This document shows, in pieces, positions 52,220 to 64,000 of a stretch of DNA of 64,000 nt. Each line of letters starts with the position of its first letter. Within the stretch, counting starts at the first letter, position 1. The notes under the pieces are model-generated. The model did not search any database. It was not told the origin of the DNA and saw only the letters and a program-made list of their open reading frames with translations. A program made the position numbers and the translations under genes. The stretch is from Octopus sinensis (lineage: Eukaryota): positions 19,344,001 through 19,408,000 of the forward strand of contig NC_043001.1 in NCBI RefSeq assembly GCF_006345805.1, written 5' to 3'.

Positions 52220-52642
52220 AGATCTTTTCGGGTTGAACGGCAGTTTTTTCTAGCGGTGTCATATGAAATTGTCACCCATAATTATAACCCTAGTATCGAT
52301 CTATTGCATTTCAATCTGTTTTAGGGTTAGGGTTAGGGGTGGGGGGAGGGTATTTTTTTTCTTCACAAATGTAAATAAACCCAATCTGTTTCTTAAACGA
52401 GGGACATATTCATACGGCACAGAGTGTTTTTCTTTTTTACCTCAATGGACGTCATTGATTGGTTGAAATTGCAGAAATTGAAGAAAAAAACAACAACAAA
52501 TATCTTACAAACAATAGAATTTTCTCAATAAAGCCAAGAGAAAAAGATATTTTATAAACACATTCTACCAGTATACGAAGTTTAAAATGCTTTAGTTACC
52601 TAGAAATTATGTTAAAAACTGCCGTTCAAACAGAAAAGATCC
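52220..52642. mobile_element. Same MITE, copy 2 (opposite orientation to copy 1)
   Basis: TIRs (first base a instead of g); perfect 8-bp TSD cgttattc on both sides. Confidence 0.88.
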
Positions 52643-52759
52643 CGTTATTCTTCTAAAAAGGACTTAAAAGAAAATTTGAATATTCCAAGACATTTTTTGA
52701 GGTTTTCTCTTTGTAACTCAACATCACGAGAGAATTGGTCAAAGGACGTCATTTCAGGG

Positions 52760-52900
52760 TCATCCGAGATGAGAATTCGCATGGCTCCGGGTCCACAGTT
52801 GGAGCTCACTCACTAATTCATCTTTACTTGGATAGCAGTGGCCAGCATATCTTGTCGTCTGCTCTCGAATGATTGATGATATGTTGGGAAATATCATTAA
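52760..52900 (-). mobile_element. Short diverged LINE 3' fragment
   Basis: IREQTTRYAGHCYPSKDELVSELQLW resembles RRVQFAGHCCRAENEIISTLVPW of the 59270-59707 element. Confidence 0.5.
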
Positions 52901-53608
52901 AAGAAACCTTATGAAGGAGTTTCGAATTTTAAGCACTCTCGCATATTTCATTAGTTCTTTCTGCTGATTTTTTTTTTTAGTTTCAGCTCAGAGCTGCGGC
53001 CATGCTGATGCACCGCCGTTTTGCGCTACACTGTTATTACTAGGAGCCTCCTCTAATATGTTGCACTTGATGAAGAATGGAGTTTGATATAGCTACTCTC
53101 ATTTGCACCTCTTGCCGTGAGGTAGGCTCATCTAGGACTCTCGACAGGAAGAGGTCCAGCTTTGATTTAAAACCCCCTACATCTACTGTGTGCAAGTCCC
53201 TCAGACTTTTTTGGGAGAATATTAAAAAGCTGTTGGCCCTTGAAACCCAGGCTGTTGCAGTAACTGGCCCTGAAGCGTGATAGCATTGCTAAAACCTCTT
53301 ATACTATTATATTTTAAACAGTGGAGGTCACGATTCTGCAATTTTTATTTTTAAATTTCAATTTTTTAAAAAATATCTTGCTTTGTCCGCTTTTCACAAC
53401 AATTTTCTTTTTTATTGTTTCACAATTTGTTTCTGAATTAAGTTTTAAACATTAGAAAATATGAATAAGTACAAGTTTCTTTCTAGCTTTTGTTCCCCAC
53501 TTTTCCTCTCCGCTTTTAGAGTACAAAACTGACTATGTTGGAATTGGATTTCGAATGAAGATGATAATAATAAGTCTTTGGCATAGCCTGCCAGTTGGCC
53601 AATTTCCC

Positions 53609-54024
53609 GGATCTTTTCGGTTTGAACGGCAGTTTTTTCTAGCGGTGTCATATGAAATTGTCACCCATAATTATGACCCTAGAATCGATCTATTGCATTT
53701 CAATTTGTTTTAGGGTTAGGGTTAAGGTTAGGGGTGGGGTAAGGGTATCTTTTTTCTTCACAAATGTAAATAAACCCAATCTGTTTCTTAAACGAGGGAC
53801 ATATTCACAGAATATTTTTTTTACCTCAATATACGTCAGTGATTGGTTGAAACTGCAGAAATTGAAGAAAAACAACAACAAATATCTTACAAACTATAGA
53901 ATTTTCTCAATAAAGCCAAGAGAAAAATAGGTTTTATAAACACATTCTACCAGTATACGAAGTTTAAAATATTTTAGTTACCTAGAAATTATGTTAAAAA
54001 CTGCCGTTCAAACCGAAAAGATCC
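53609..54024. mobile_element. Same MITE, copy 3
   Basis: TIRs; flanks aatttccc / aatttgcc (7/8). Confidence 0.88.
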
Positions 54025-54039
54025 AATTTGCCTAATAAA

Positions 54040-54790
54040 ATTAAAAGTTAAACTCCAGACTTCTACAAAAAAAGCTCAAATTACTTTTTTTTAAAAAAGA
54101 AATGTAGAAATAAACCTTTACTAATACATCTAAATTAGTGTCTAGTAAATCTTCAATATTGTTAAATTCTTCAGTATTTCCAGTACTGTCACTTTGTTTC
54201 TCAGATAGATCTATGTCCATTGTGCTTACTTCATGCAGTTTTGCTTCAGGCAAATAATAATCGTTGCAGCATTTATCAGGTTATTTCAGGTCATATTTTA
54301 TAGAAAAAACAGCTGCTAGCATTGGAAGTCACGTCTTATTTTTTCAGTTCTGTTTTGATAACATTCATTTAATAGAAATATCTTTCTAGAATATTTGAAT
54401 TAGGTAACATTAAAAAGATTGAGAGCAAATACTGCAACATTTCTAAAGAGATTTCCTTTAGTGGCATTTTTGTAGTAAATAATTTCTGTCCAAAATTCTT
54501 TAATGTTAGTTGTGTTGAATCCATTTAAGCATATAAATACTATTATATTCTGATTCTATACTTGTTATATCATTATTATTTAAATTCATTGGCTCCAAAA
54601 GCAGAATAATTGATACTACTTAACATATCTCAATGTATTTTTTTACAGAAAAGCATTTAATGGTCTTCGATATCATTGCATAATGTTTGTGAGGCACTGA
54701 AGAAACGTTTTAAACATTTTCTGAACATTTTCCTCTTCATCAGCTGTTAGCTATGCCTTGGCATTATTTCTTATACCTTTTCTTTCATAC
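54040..54790 (-). pseudogene. Decayed hAT transposase C-terminus (dimerization domain)
   Basis: Frame-broken IKEFWTEIIYYKNATKGNLFRNVAVFALNL / LMLPNSNILERYF / MNVIKTELK matches the FW...ALSLL.LP.SNA..ER.FS.MN.IKT.LRN pattern. Confidence 0.65.
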
Positions 54791-54886
54791 CTGTAGTCAA
54801 AAATCAGGTTAGGAACACCCTTCACGTCGTTTGTAATGCAGCTTAAAATAATCACCGCGATATGAAAAATTTCGCATTGAACAATA

Positions 54887-55074
54887 CTCTCTCTCTTTAC
54901 TCTTTTACTTGTTTCAGTCATTTGGCTGCGGCCATGCTGGAGCACCGCCTTTAGTCGAGCACATCGCCCCCAGGACTTATTCTTTGTAAGCCTAGTACTT
55001 ATTCTATCGGTCTCTTTTGCCGAACCGCTAAGTTACGGGAATGGAAACACACCAGCATCGGACAAACACAGACA

Positions 55075-55161
<87 letters not shown>

Positions 55162-55323
55162 GACAGGCTTCTTTCAGATTCTGTCTACCAAATCCACTCA
55201 CAAGGCTTTGGTCGGCCCGAGGCTATAGTAGAAGACACTTGCCCAAGGTGCCACGCAGTGGGACTGAACCCGGAACCATGTGGTTGGTAAGCAAGCTACT
55301 TACCACACAGCCACTCCCGCGCT
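54887..55323 (-). mobile_element. SINE family B, full length with internal (CA)n(TA)n
   Basis: Same family; CpGs retained. Confidence 0.9.
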
Positions 55324-55631
55324 TATGAGATTCACTGCATATAATGTTCTTTGGTGTTTATATAAATATATAAACCAGGCCCTAGCTGTATTTCTCCAGT
55401 GTGATAAGTGATCTTAAACACGCAACTTCAGGACCTGTTTTTTTTTTATTTAATAATTCTTAAGGAAGGGACAGCGCCCACAGCATTCACAAACCTTCCA
55501 AAACCAGAGTGATTAGTGACACCTATGATCTGCTTAAACTGTCAGGAAGTAGTGAAAAGGGGGAAAATTCAAGGGCTCGTAGTTTTGAACAGGAAAGACA
55601 TAGTGTTATGATTATTGCGGTTCTGGTTGGT

Positions 55632-55968
55632 GGAAGGCGCATGGCTCAGTGGTTAGAGCATCGAACTTACGACCGTAAGGTTGTGAGTTCGAATCCCGGA
55701 CTGGGCTGCGTGTTGTGTTCTTGAGCAAGACACTTTATTCCACGTTGCTCCAGTTAACTCAGCTGTAGAAATGAGTTGCGACGTCACAGGTGCCAAGCTG
55801 TATCGGCCCCTTTGCCTTTCCCTTGGATAACACTGGTGGCGTGGAGAGGGGAGGCCGGTATGCATGGGCGACTGCTGGTCTTCCATAAACAACCTTGCCC
55901 GGACTTGTGCCTGGGAGGGTAACTTTCTAAGGGAAATTCCATGGTCATTCGTGACCGTAGGGGGTCTC
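55632..55968 (+). mobile_element. tRNA-derived SINE, family D-related, full length
   Basis: A-box TGGCTCAGTGG, B-box GTTCGAATCCC. Shares ttcttgagcaa(a/g)acact...ctccagt with the 4168 copy. Confidence 0.85.
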
Positions 55969-56227
55969 CGCAAGGCTGGTGGACTCAAAACGGGTAATGA
56001 GAGGTACATGGAGACGGAAAGAAAGTAGCCAGTCTCGACGAGCAGAAACCATCGGAGTAGAAGCAAAAGATACAAAGGAAGAAAAGAGCACATCTATGAG
56101 CCAGAGTTGGGGAGTGCTACAGGGAGACTTTGTGCCAAATAGCTGAGAAGTTACATATGATTGTTAGCGATGCTGTATATGTGAGTAACAGCAGCATCCG
56201 TCTAATATTCTTTTCCTTCCTACTCTA

Positions 56228-56681
56228 GGCACTGGGCCCGAAATTTTGGGGTTGGGGTGGGTTGGGGGCAGTCGATTAGATTGACCCCCAGTGCGCAACT
56301 GGTACGTATTTTATTGACCTCGAAAGGATGAAAGGCAAAGTCGACCTCGGCGGAATTTGAACTCAAAACGTAAAGACGGACGAAATGCTGCTAAGCACTT
56401 TGTCCGGTGTACTAAAGATTCGGCCTGCTCAGTGCCTTAGTCTTGAGTGTAACATTGACAAACGATTTAAAGCGGCGAACTGGCAGACTCGTTAGCTCGC
56501 CGGGCGAAATGTGTAGTAGTATTTCGTCCGTCTTCATGTTCTGAGTTCAAATTCCACCAAGATCGACTTTGCCTTTCATCCGTTCGAGATCGATAAAATA
56601 GGTATCAGTTGAAAACTGGGATCGACGTAATCGACTTATCCCCACCCTATAATTGCTGGCCTTGTGGCAAAATTTGAAATC
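56228..56681. mobile_element. Two SINE family A-type copies head-to-head (56228-56439 minus, 56470-56681 plus)
   Basis: Both carry the B-box and the gtcgac(t/c)t...cctttcatcc core; 30 bp apart. Confidence 0.8.
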
Positions 56682-57273
56682 AGTCTTGACATGATTTGGA
56701 CAAGCAAATCTCTGAAGCAAAGCGAACTGAAAATATGAAATGAGTTCTCAGGGTCTCACAAACATCAGTCTACATTTACGACCCTTTGTTGCACTTAGAA
56801 CGGTCCCAAACACTGATATCGGGAATAAATTCATAATCTTATTTCCTGAAGTTGTCAGGAAAATTCTGTTCGTAATCCCAAAGAATACACTTGCTTGGGA
56901 GTTGAGAGGATGCCTTAAAGAATCCTATATTTGAAGACAGGTGGGAAACTTCGTCTATCTACTCAGATGAGATTTTCTTTTAACAGAGATGTTTTCTTAG
57001 TGCAGTTTAAAGAAATTTTACTTCCGTAGAGAGCAATGACCTGCCACCAGTTAACGCTGAGAATGGAAATTTCAATATCCAAAAACATTGTGAAAAATCA
57101 ATAACACATATGAGGAAATACTTCAAAAATTTATCGTGGTTTCTCCCAGAATTATGGCAACCAACAGATGGCTTTTCTGAACGTGCCATCCAAGCTCCCC
57201 AAAATGACATTGTACAGAAGGCTAATGATAGCATCATTCACCAAGTTCCAGCCCAACCCAAATAATAAAAGGT

Positions 57274-57674
57274 ACTCTTTTACTCCTTTATTTGTTTCAG
57301 TCATTTGACTGTGGCCATGCTGGAGCACTGCCTTTAGTCGAGCAAATCGACCCCAGGACTTATTCTTTGTAAGCCTAGTACTTATTCTATCGGTCTCTTT
57401 TGCCGAACCGCTAAGTTATGGGGACGTAAACACACCAGCATCGGTTGTCAAGCGATGTTGGGGGGGGGGGCGATAAACACAGTCACACAAACATATACAC
57501 ACATATATATATACGACGGACTTCTTTCAGTTTCCGTCTACCAAATCCACTCACAAGGCTTTGGTCGGCCCGAGGGTATAGTAGAAGACTTGCCCAAGGT
57601 TCCACGCAGTGGGACTGAACCCGGAACCATGCGGCCGGTAAGCAAGCTACTTACCACACAGCCACTCCTGCCCC
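57274..57674 (-). mobile_element. SINE family B, full length
   Basis: Same family; CpGs retained. Confidence 0.9.
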
Positions 57675-57856
57675 TATAGTTGACATTAGTGATACTGTCA
57701 ACTATTCACCATAATTTCTTTATTCTTTTCAACTCATTGCTTTCTCTCCTCACTGTCTACAACTCATAATATGAGAACCTGTTGCACTTCTTCGAAATTT
57801 GGATGCTCCAAAGCTTTCGTAACGGAGCTTGGTAAGTTGTTTGGTGCAGAATTAAA

Positions 57857-58937
57857 GTGAGAAATGGCCAAGTGCAGGAATTAAAGTGGAAGGTAACCAA
57901 AATAGTCCAACCAGCAGGCAGTGAAGTGGCTGAAGCACAAGGCTCTTCACAGGGCAGGACCGGACTCGGAAGTATAATAACAACCCGATATGAAACGGCT
58001 AGCACGAAGGAGAGGAGAAAACTGCTGCGGGAGGAGGTGCGAACAACAGTGGAGAGAGAGTGGTGGCAATGCGGAAACAGCGTGTCTGGATGAAGTGGGA
58101 GTATGCGAAGGAGTGAAATGCTACCTAGCAGAACATCTGGAAGTAGATCCCACAGAGGATCAAAACCTTGAACCAGAGTGTCTATAATTTTCTCCCCAAC
58201 TCATTCACCCTATTTACATAGGGCATAGTGAAAACACTTGTGATCTTAAACAGAATCTAGAACATAGTCTTAACAGCTGTTTCAAGGCACTGAATAAGGG
58301 ACGCTGTCGCTGGAGATATGATCAAACTTTTACGCCCGTCGCTGTGGCAATCTGCAAGAAAGCAGTGAGTGCAGAAATGCTCAAACTAGCACAAATATAA
58401 CCGTTGTTAAGCAAGGAAAACAGTCGAAGAAAATCCAAGAACAGCTCCAATGTTTTATTTTCAAGGTATGTGACTGACTAATGAAAGATAGCCTTGACAA
58501 GTAGCTTAATTTTCTGTCACATACAACCCAGATATTGTTGAGAACAGATGCTTCCTCGGTTTCTGAGGCAACAAAGCTAAACTATCAGCTGGTGACGGAC
58601 TACAACAGGAATGAGTGGAGGACCAACTCTTTACCAGTGGATGTGGGCAGTCGAGGGCTCGCAGATCTTTCCTTTAATAAGGCCAAGGCAGCCCTGGGCA
58701 TTAAAAAAAGAACAGAAAAAGATCCACCATTAATAACATAGACGCTGCTAAGAAAGCATCTAGATGACTCAGGCTGGAAGGAGTTGATTGGTGGTGTCAG
58801 TATAATGCCACTTGGATGGAGGCTTTGGTTTGATCAACTTAGGTCGAATCGTTTGGATGAGGGAGTGTGCTCTCGGACCCAAAGTACGTAGTGAACCCCA
58901 GGATACAACACTGACGATGTGGCCAAGTATCACAACT
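57857..58937 (+). mobile_element. Decayed HERO-like (R2-superclade, restriction-like endonuclease) non-LTR retrotransposon 3' end
   Basis: QGRTGLGS...KERRKLLREEVR; LEHSLNSCFKALNKGRCRWRYD (zinc-knuckle H/C region); NYQLVTD...EWRTNSLPVDVGSRG and AKKASR*L (REL tail). Confidence 0.75.
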
Positions 58938-58950
58938 ACACATGTACGTA

Positions 58951-59724
58951 TTGTTGAGAGTATGGATGATGAAATCACTGTTGGACAAGCACTTGTTTAC
59001 ATATTCAGTCTTGGACTCATTGAGGTAAAGACCTACACAATTTGAGGCTGGTTCAAGAGATTGTAAAAGAGACTGGGCATTGGAGAGAGAATCACTGATA
59101 AGAGCGATGTCGTCAGCAAAGTCAGTGTCTGTTAAGTATTCAGCTGGGTGTCTAGAACTTCTAGGTTTCATTTCAAAGCCCTTATCAGAAATGGTATCAA
59201 CTGACATACGTAGCACATTGTCAACGACAATGATGAAGAGAAATGGGGCGAGTGTGTCTCCCTGCAGTATTCAAACTTAAAATCTTCAAAGCCACAGTCG
59301 AACCAATTCTACTATATGGCTCAGAAACCTGGACGTTATCAAAGAAGCTTGAGAGGCGGTTGGATGAAACTTACACTCGCCTCCTTATGAGAGCTCAAAA
59401 TCTCTCGTGGAAGAGTCATCCAACCAAAGTACAAATATATGGGAAATTACCACCTGTATCATCTCTTGTGAAAGGTAGAAGAGTCCAGTTTGCTGGACAT
59501 TGTTGTAGAGCTGAAAACGAGATAATTTCTACTCTTGTCCCCTGGAAGCCATCTGCTCGCGATACCAGAGGGCGCACACACTCCTACCCTGATGTAATCT
59601 CCAGGGATACAGGCATCCAGCAACAGGACCTCCGTAATGCTATGATGGACCGTGAAGTCTGGCGTAGCATGGTAAATTCCATTGTCTCGACCACGGTTGA
59701 ACAATGATGATGATGATGATGATG
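58951..59724 (+). mobile_element. 5'-inverted LINE (RTE-like) insertion with 13-bp TSD
   Basis: 58951 to about 59270 encodes RT ILQGDTLAP...FADD on the minus strand. About 59270-59707 encodes the C-terminus on the plus strand, followed by (TGA)n. TSD acacatgtacgta at 58938-58950 and 59725-59737. Confidence 0.92.
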
Positions 59725-60347
59725 ACACATGTACGTAAAACTATATACATTCATATATATATCAAATAGATAAAGAGTGGAATAGGTAAAACACAGACTA
59801 CAGTCGTTTCATAACAAGTTGTAGATTGTTACGTAATAACGAACAAGAAGTTGCTTAGCTAATCTTATAACACACTCACACACACACACAAATACAAACA
59901 CACACACACAAATACAAACACACACACACATATACATGAGTGCATGTATATTACATAACTATTGATCTAAACTTTTGCACAAACACATTCACACACATGA
60001 ATGTATGCATGTATATGTGCGCGCGCGCATATCCATGCGGCATTCCACACGCTACTGTGACACTCAGTGAAGCTTTTCTGTCGGGCTGCCTTACAAAAAC
60101 AACAAAAACTCTACTCTATATATGGTATTGAGTACTCAGTTGAATGCAGGTTTTTTACTTCCGTTCGACAGGGGATCTTTTTGAAAAGTTCTTAGGCCAA
60201 CAGGTTTTGGGGTCTGACGATACGCCAGAAAGTGAAACCCTTTGTGGACGGGAAACCCAGGGAAATCCCATAAACAGGCCTTCCTCAGTAGAAAATATAT
60301 ACAGCTCTACACCTTCGAGTTGCTTCACCGGATTTATGTTTTATATA

Positions 60348-60349
<2 letters not shown>

Positions 60350-60428
<79 letters not shown>

Positions 60429-60527
60429 ATAGATAGATAGATAGATAGATAGATTAGTATATATATATATATATGCATGGATATATACACATATGCATAT
60501 ATAAATATATATATACACATATATGCA

Positions 60528-60574
<47 letters not shown>

Positions 60575-60748
60575 GTATATATATTTGTATATATATATAT
60601 GTATATATATGTATATATATGTATATTATATATATATATATGCATGGATATATACACATATGCATATATAAATATATATATACACATATATGCATATATG
60701 TATATATATATATATATATATATAAATATATATATACACATATATGCA

Positions 60749-60805
<57 letters not shown>

Positions 60806-60864
60806 CTATATATATATGTATATATATTTGTATATATATATATGTATATATATGTATATATATG

Positions 60865-60921
<57 letters not shown>

Positions 60922-60960
60922 TACGTAAATGTGTACGTACAAACATGCATACACACATGT

Positions 60961-60992
<32 letters not shown>

Positions 60993-61046
60993 TGTATGTA
61001 TGTATGTATGTATGCACGTATTGTGTGTGTGTGTGTGTGTGTGTGT
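60350..61046. repeat. Compound TA/GA/GATA/TATG/TG microsatellite with a roughly 166-bp higher-order duplication
   Basis: atgcatggatatatacacatatgcat recurs at about 60474 and 60640. Confidence 0.95.
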
Positions 61047-61799
61047 AACCAAATATGGAGCTGTTGTCGGTATAGTTTTACATCGCATAAACAACGACGC
61101 GTAAAACGTCTGTAACATGATTCTTGGTTATTCTTTCCAAAACGATGGTGTTGTTTAGCAACAACACTTGTACTGGTCATTTCGTGTTAGTTGTAAAAAA
61201 AAACTGCAAAAAAATAGTCTCGTATTCAGTGAAATAGTCTGCTTGTATTGATTGGTTACAATTGATTACCATTACGACTAGAACTGGCTGTAGACTTGTG
61301 AATGAAGGAATTATGAAACTGCATACTACTATTTCTTTGTGGGCAGAGCAACATCAGGCAATGTGATGATGGTTGTAAATGCAGGCACTCGAAAGCTGAA
61401 TTTTCATTCATAAAAATCTATAAAGAGCTCCTGCTTTGCTGTCATCATCGACTAGCAAACTATGACGTCAATGTCATCTATAGTAACCACAATATTTTGT
61501 TCTGCATTTGCGTTCACTTTCAGTTTCACTTTCAGTTTCACCTTCTTTCTTCCTTCCTTCCTTCCTTTCTTTCTTTTATTCTTTAACCACATCTCAGCCT
61601 TTCTCACTACTTCTACTACTGCTACTACTGCTACTACTACTACTACTGGCTTGTTTGGCCTTTTTTTGTTGTTTTTTAATCCTCTCTTTTTTTTTCTTTT
61701 TCGTTGTGTTTTGTTGTGTTTGTTATTTGTTTTTTGTTTTTTTCACGGAACAATACCAAAAATTTAACGACCTTGTTTCTCCATAAAAGGTCGATACAC

Positions 61800-62013
61800 G
61801 TATACATACCATATACATACATAAATACATACACACACAAACATATATTTATATACATATATACATATATACATATATACATATACATATACATATAGAT
61901 ACACATATACATATAGACACATACATAAATAAATATATATATATATATCTATATACGCATACATAAAAGAATGTATGTATGTGCGTGTATATATATATAT
62001 ATGTATGTATGTA

Positions 62014-62046
<33 letters not shown>

Positions 62047-62165
62047 ATGTATGTATGTATGTATGTATGTATGTATGTATATGTATGTATGTGTGTTAAT
62101 CTATGTATATATGTATGTATGTATGTATGTATGTGTGTGTGTGTATGTGTGTGTGCGTGTGTGTG
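61800..62165. repeat. Compound microsatellite
   Basis: TA/CATA/TATG/TG arrays. Confidence 0.95.
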
Positions 62166-62576
62166 TCCAATAGCGTATTTAGAGATGGCGGTCTTCGTAT
62201 CGTAGCCATTTGCTGTTCATTCATAAATGGAGCTCGGCAACCTCTGCAGCCTGGGTGAGTGTTGTAATGCGTAGGTGCATCAGAAATCCACCCTCCGTAG
62301 AGATGCTAAGATCACAGGTTCGAATTCAGCAATAGTAAATTGAAATAAAATGAAATGTAATCTTTTGATTTTTTTTTAAGTTGTTTTTCAGTCATTGGAC
62401 TGTGGCCATACTGGAGCACTACCTTCAAGGGGCGTAGTCGGAGAAATCGACTCCAGTATATATTTTCTTAATTTATCTTTCTATCTCTTTTTTTTCTTTT
62501 TTTTTAAAGCCTGGTAATATTATATCGGTGTTTTGCTGAACCGTTAAGTTACGAGGCCGTGAACAAGCCAATATTG

Positions 62577-62962
62577 ACACACACACACACACACACACAT
62601 ATGCACACACAATACACATATATACCCACACACATGCACACACATACACACATACATACACACACATATACACACACATACACACACATACACACTCACA
62701 CATACACACACAGACACACACATACACACACATACACACATCCACACACAAACACACACATACACACACACATGCACACATATACCCACACACATACACA
62801 TACATACACACACACATACACACACACATACATACACACACACACATACCACACATACACATACACACAAACATACACATACGCGCACACGCACACACAA
62901 AAGCTCACGTACACACACAAATACGCACACATACACAGATGCGCACGCATACATACATATAT
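62577..62962. repeat. Compound (CA)n/(CATA)n microsatellite
   Basis: Visible array. Confidence 0.95.
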
Positions 62963-63551
62963 ACGCAGGGTGTCGACACAGTTTCACTTTACCAAATCCA
63001 TTCACGAAGAATCGTCCCCCGGGGGCCCAAGGTGTTACAAATAAATCATAATAAAATTATAAATTATCTCTAATTATTATTACCGTTGCTGTTTAGTAGT
63101 AAATCGGTTCTGATTGAATAGATATATGATTAATAGCGTTCTGACCATGGCCAGCTCATTTTTTTCTTTCGTGTAAATTGAGGATAGGATTAAGTTATCT
63201 AATATGTCTTTCATTTAATTTTTTTTTTTTTTTTTTGCAATAAGGTGTGTTTTGAGAGAGATATGGCTGCTATCTTTAACAGCTCGAGCGGCCATATCGA
63301 GGACAATCTATTTATAATTTGATTTAATTGAAGATGTGTGCTAGAATATTTCGTATTTTTACAGGTTTAAGCCATTTTGGGAACAAATATGCTTCATATA
63401 CGCGCTCACTCATAGACACACAGACACACAGACACACAGACACACGCGGACACACATACACGCACACACCTACACGAACAACCATACACACACAATAGGC
63501 ACAGACTCATTTACACATACATTTTACATATACGCGCGCACATATATGCAT

Positions 63552-63786
63552 AGGTGGCGGCGAGCTGGCAGAAACGTTAGCACGCCGGGCGAAATGCGTA
63601 GCCGTACTTCGCCTGCCGTTACGTTCTGAGTTCAAATTCCGCCGAGGTCGACTTTGCCTTTCATCCTTTCGGGGTCAATAAATTAAGTACCAGCTACGCA
63701 CTGGGGTCGATGTAATCGACTTAATCCGTTTCTCTGTCCTTGTTTGTCCCCTCTGTGTGTAGCCCCTTGTGGGTAGTAAAGAAATA
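63552..63786 (+). mobile_element. SINE family A
   Basis: Near-consensus, CpG-rich copy. Confidence 0.9.
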
Positions 63787-64000
63787 GATATATGTGCAGT
63801 GGCGGACTGGGTCTAAAAATATTGGTTTCCAGGAGACTCGGGGGGCCCACCCGCAACTACAATGCTGTCTTTTTTTTTCTTTCGTTAAAAGTGTTCTATT
63901 CAGATGTCTACAAACACAGCGAGGCTGAAATAATTAATACATTCTTCCAGGAGTGAATAAAAAATTCTCAAACTTGAGGGGATGGGCCCCTCAGATAGTA

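Noticed and set aside
52321-52350. TTAGGG repeats as a telomere or fusion scar
   Set aside because: Only about 3 units, and they are an internal part of a multi-copy MITE.
54041-54253. Acidic ORF MPEAKLHEVSTMDID... as an exon of a host gene
   Set aside because: It lies directly downstream of a decayed hAT dimerization domain on the same strand and lacks a good acceptor; better explained as a transposase tail.
55632-55710. tRNA gene (also 4168-4240)
   Set aside because: A and B boxes are present but there is no complete cloverleaf, and the sequence continues into a SINE body.
56740-57260. Possible MULE-type transposase relic on the minus strand (LDGTFRK, DYEQ)
   Set aside because: Only two short motifs across broken frames; needs a TBLASTX hit to call.
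60144-60353. 69-aa ORF MQVFYFRSTGDLFEKFLG... as a coding exon
   Set aside because: No recognisable homology and no convincing donor before the microsatellite.

Overview
AT-rich, microsatellite- and SINE-dense animal genomic DNA. The repeat families match what I recognise as octopus (coleoid cephalopod); this is recognition only, no database search was run. One complete protein-coding gene is supported: a six-exon HSPBP1 (Hsp70 nucleotide-exchange factor, Fes1-like, ARM repeats) on the minus strand. Its CDS exons are 44097-44228, 25037-25208, 19881-20102, 17493-17648, 15614-15822 and 13192-13290 (990 nt, 329 aa, all GT-AG introns, phases consistent). The rest is repeats: at least four SINE-like families, piggyBac-type MITEs, three copies of a GG-ended MITE with 8-bp TSDs (Merlin-like), non-autonomous Helitrons, decayed RTE and HERO-like non-LTR elements, hAT and Tigger remnants, two homogeneous tandem arrays (175 bp x11, 47 bp x about 21) and two long hairpins. 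I found no convincing new multi-gene system. The best observations are: (1) a 5'-inverted non-L1 LINE with a 13-bp TSD and twin-priming geometry; (2) the Merlin-like MITE family; (3) CpG erosion of intragenic versus upstream SINE copies, a possible record of gene-body methylation; (4) several dsRNA-forming structures in or near the HSPBP1 transcript. Most ORFs in the supplied track are microsatellite or SINE artefacts.
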